A DNA stretch of 64,000 nucleotides, from positions 478 through 64,477 of the forward strand of contig JACRNP010000012.1 of the NCBI GenBank assembly GCA_016234845.1. The letters run 5' to 3'. Under the pieces are notes generated by a model, which was not told where the DNA came from, did not search any database, and saw only the letters and a list, made by a program, of their open reading frames with translations. The translations under genes and the position numbers were made by a program. This DNA comes from Deltaproteobacteria bacterium (GTDB taxonomy: Bacteria; Desulfobacterota; Deferrimicrobia; Deferrimicrobiales; Deferrimicrobiaceae). This document shows, one piece after another, positions 63,471 to 64,000 of this stretch. How positions within the stretch are numbered: the first letter of the stretch is position 1; every line of letters starts with the position of its first letter.

Positions 63471-64000
63471 TTGACGAAGATCCACGGGACCCTGGGCTTC
63501 AAGCTGGTGATGGCCTCCATGGTCCTGGCCCTCGTCACCATCGGGCTGGGCGGCGTCATCGTGTACAAGGTCAGCGAGGACGCCATCAAGGTCGACGCGC
63601 AGGCCACGGTCAAGGAACTGGCCGCCGACCTCGACAACATGAACGTCGTCGGCGACGGCGGGGGGCAGGACCTGCTGGACCGCCTCACGCGGCTCAAGGT
63701 CCAGAAATTCGGGGCCGCCTGGGTGATGGACCGGAACGGATTCCTCATCGCCCACATGGATCCACGGTACCGGGGCGACGCCGAGGCGCGCCAGTTCATC
63801 GGCGACTACGTGGTGAACCTGAACGTCGGCGAGCAGCCCATCCAGCAGCTGGGAGAGAAGAACGTCGCTCACAAGCTGAAGCTTCTGGACCTCATGGACA
63901 AGTTCACGGCGGGGTTCGGCAGCTACACGTTCCGCGGGGAGACCGAGCTGATCGCCTTCAAGGTCCTGAAGGAGAAAGGGTGGTTCGTCGCGGTCGACCA
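63471..64000 (+). CDS. Periplasmic sensor-domain protein (Cache-like N-terminus of a chemoreceptor or kinase), 3'-truncated by the window edge
   Basis: The TTG at 63471 (or the GTG at 63462) is preceded by GGGAAAGG. The TM is LGFKLVMASMVLALVTIGLGGVIV, followed by a soluble region NGFLIAHMDPRYRGDAEARQFIGDYVVNLNVGEQP... The frame is open to the end of the window. Confidence 0.4.
   Translation, partial: MTKIHGTLGFKLVMASMVLALVTIGLGGVIVYKVSEDAIKVDAQATVKELAADLDNMNVVGDGGGQDLLDRLTRLKVQKFGAAWVMDRNGFLIAHMDPRYRGDAEARQFIGDYVVNLNVGEQPIQQLGEKNVAHKLKLLDLMDKFTAGFGSYTFRGETELIAFKVLKEKGWFVAVD

Noticed and set aside
1-64000. CRISPR arrays, tRNA/rRNA genes, insertion sequences or integrases
   Set aside because: No short direct-repeat array with unique spacers was seen. 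There are no transposase or integrase-like ORFs and no non-coding stretch of 70 bp or more with a tRNA-like cloverleaf. The only exact short tandem repeat is the 23-bp duplication at 30419..30464, and that lies inside a coding sequence.

Overview
This is a very GC-rich (about 70%) bacterial window with strong GC3 codon bias. The gene content and the cytochrome motif style look like Geobacter or Anaeromyxobacter (metal-reducing deltaproteobacteria, Desulfuromonadota/Myxococcota), but that is inference only. Nearly all credible genes are on the + strand; one module on the - strand (42179..51259) encodes glycosylation- and modification-type enzymes. The long antisense ORFs in the track are codon-bias artefacts. 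I found no rRNA, tRNA or CRISPR. The coding layout, in order: (1) A 5'-truncated ResB/CcsB-like cytochrome c biogenesis protein that reads through, via an extra hydrophobic segment, into a parallel beta-helix domain. It is followed in an overlapping-stop operon by a Tat-signal DUF362 protein and a 1070-aa lipoprotein with three beta-helix modules. (2) Transporter-like genes: an orphan PhnD-like binding protein, a YeeE/YedE-family transporter and a DUF318/ArsP-like permease with a CSCG motif. (3) A triad resembling peptide (RiPP) maturation genes: a PqqD-like RRE, a radical SAM/SPASM enzyme and a pseudo-radical-SAM/SPASM protein that lacks the CxxxCxxC cluster. No precursor peptide is evident. 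(4) An ECF sigma / zinc-finger anti-sigma pair. (5) A cluster of giant multihaem c-type cytochromes. These are 1100 aa with about 22 haem motifs, a triheme lipoprotein, 2442 aa with about 55 motifs, a monoheme protein with a Pro/Ala/Thr tail, and a roughly 3190-aa cytochrome. That last cytochrome is split into two ORFs by a perfect 23-bp tandem duplication at 30419..30464. The cytochromes are built from repeated non-canonical CX3-5CH motifs each followed by a CXXCH. (6) Surface and periplasmic proteins: a Big_1 Ig-like protein, a spermidine-synthase-like membrane fusion, an LVIVD lipoprotein, an M6 metalloprotease with propeller domains and an unusual C-terminal tail, an outer-membrane beta-barrel, a SurA-like chaperone and an NHL propeller. 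(7) A TlpA-like thioredoxin followed by a thioredoxin-decaheme cytochrome fusion. In total the window carries more than 130 predicted haem-binding motifs.
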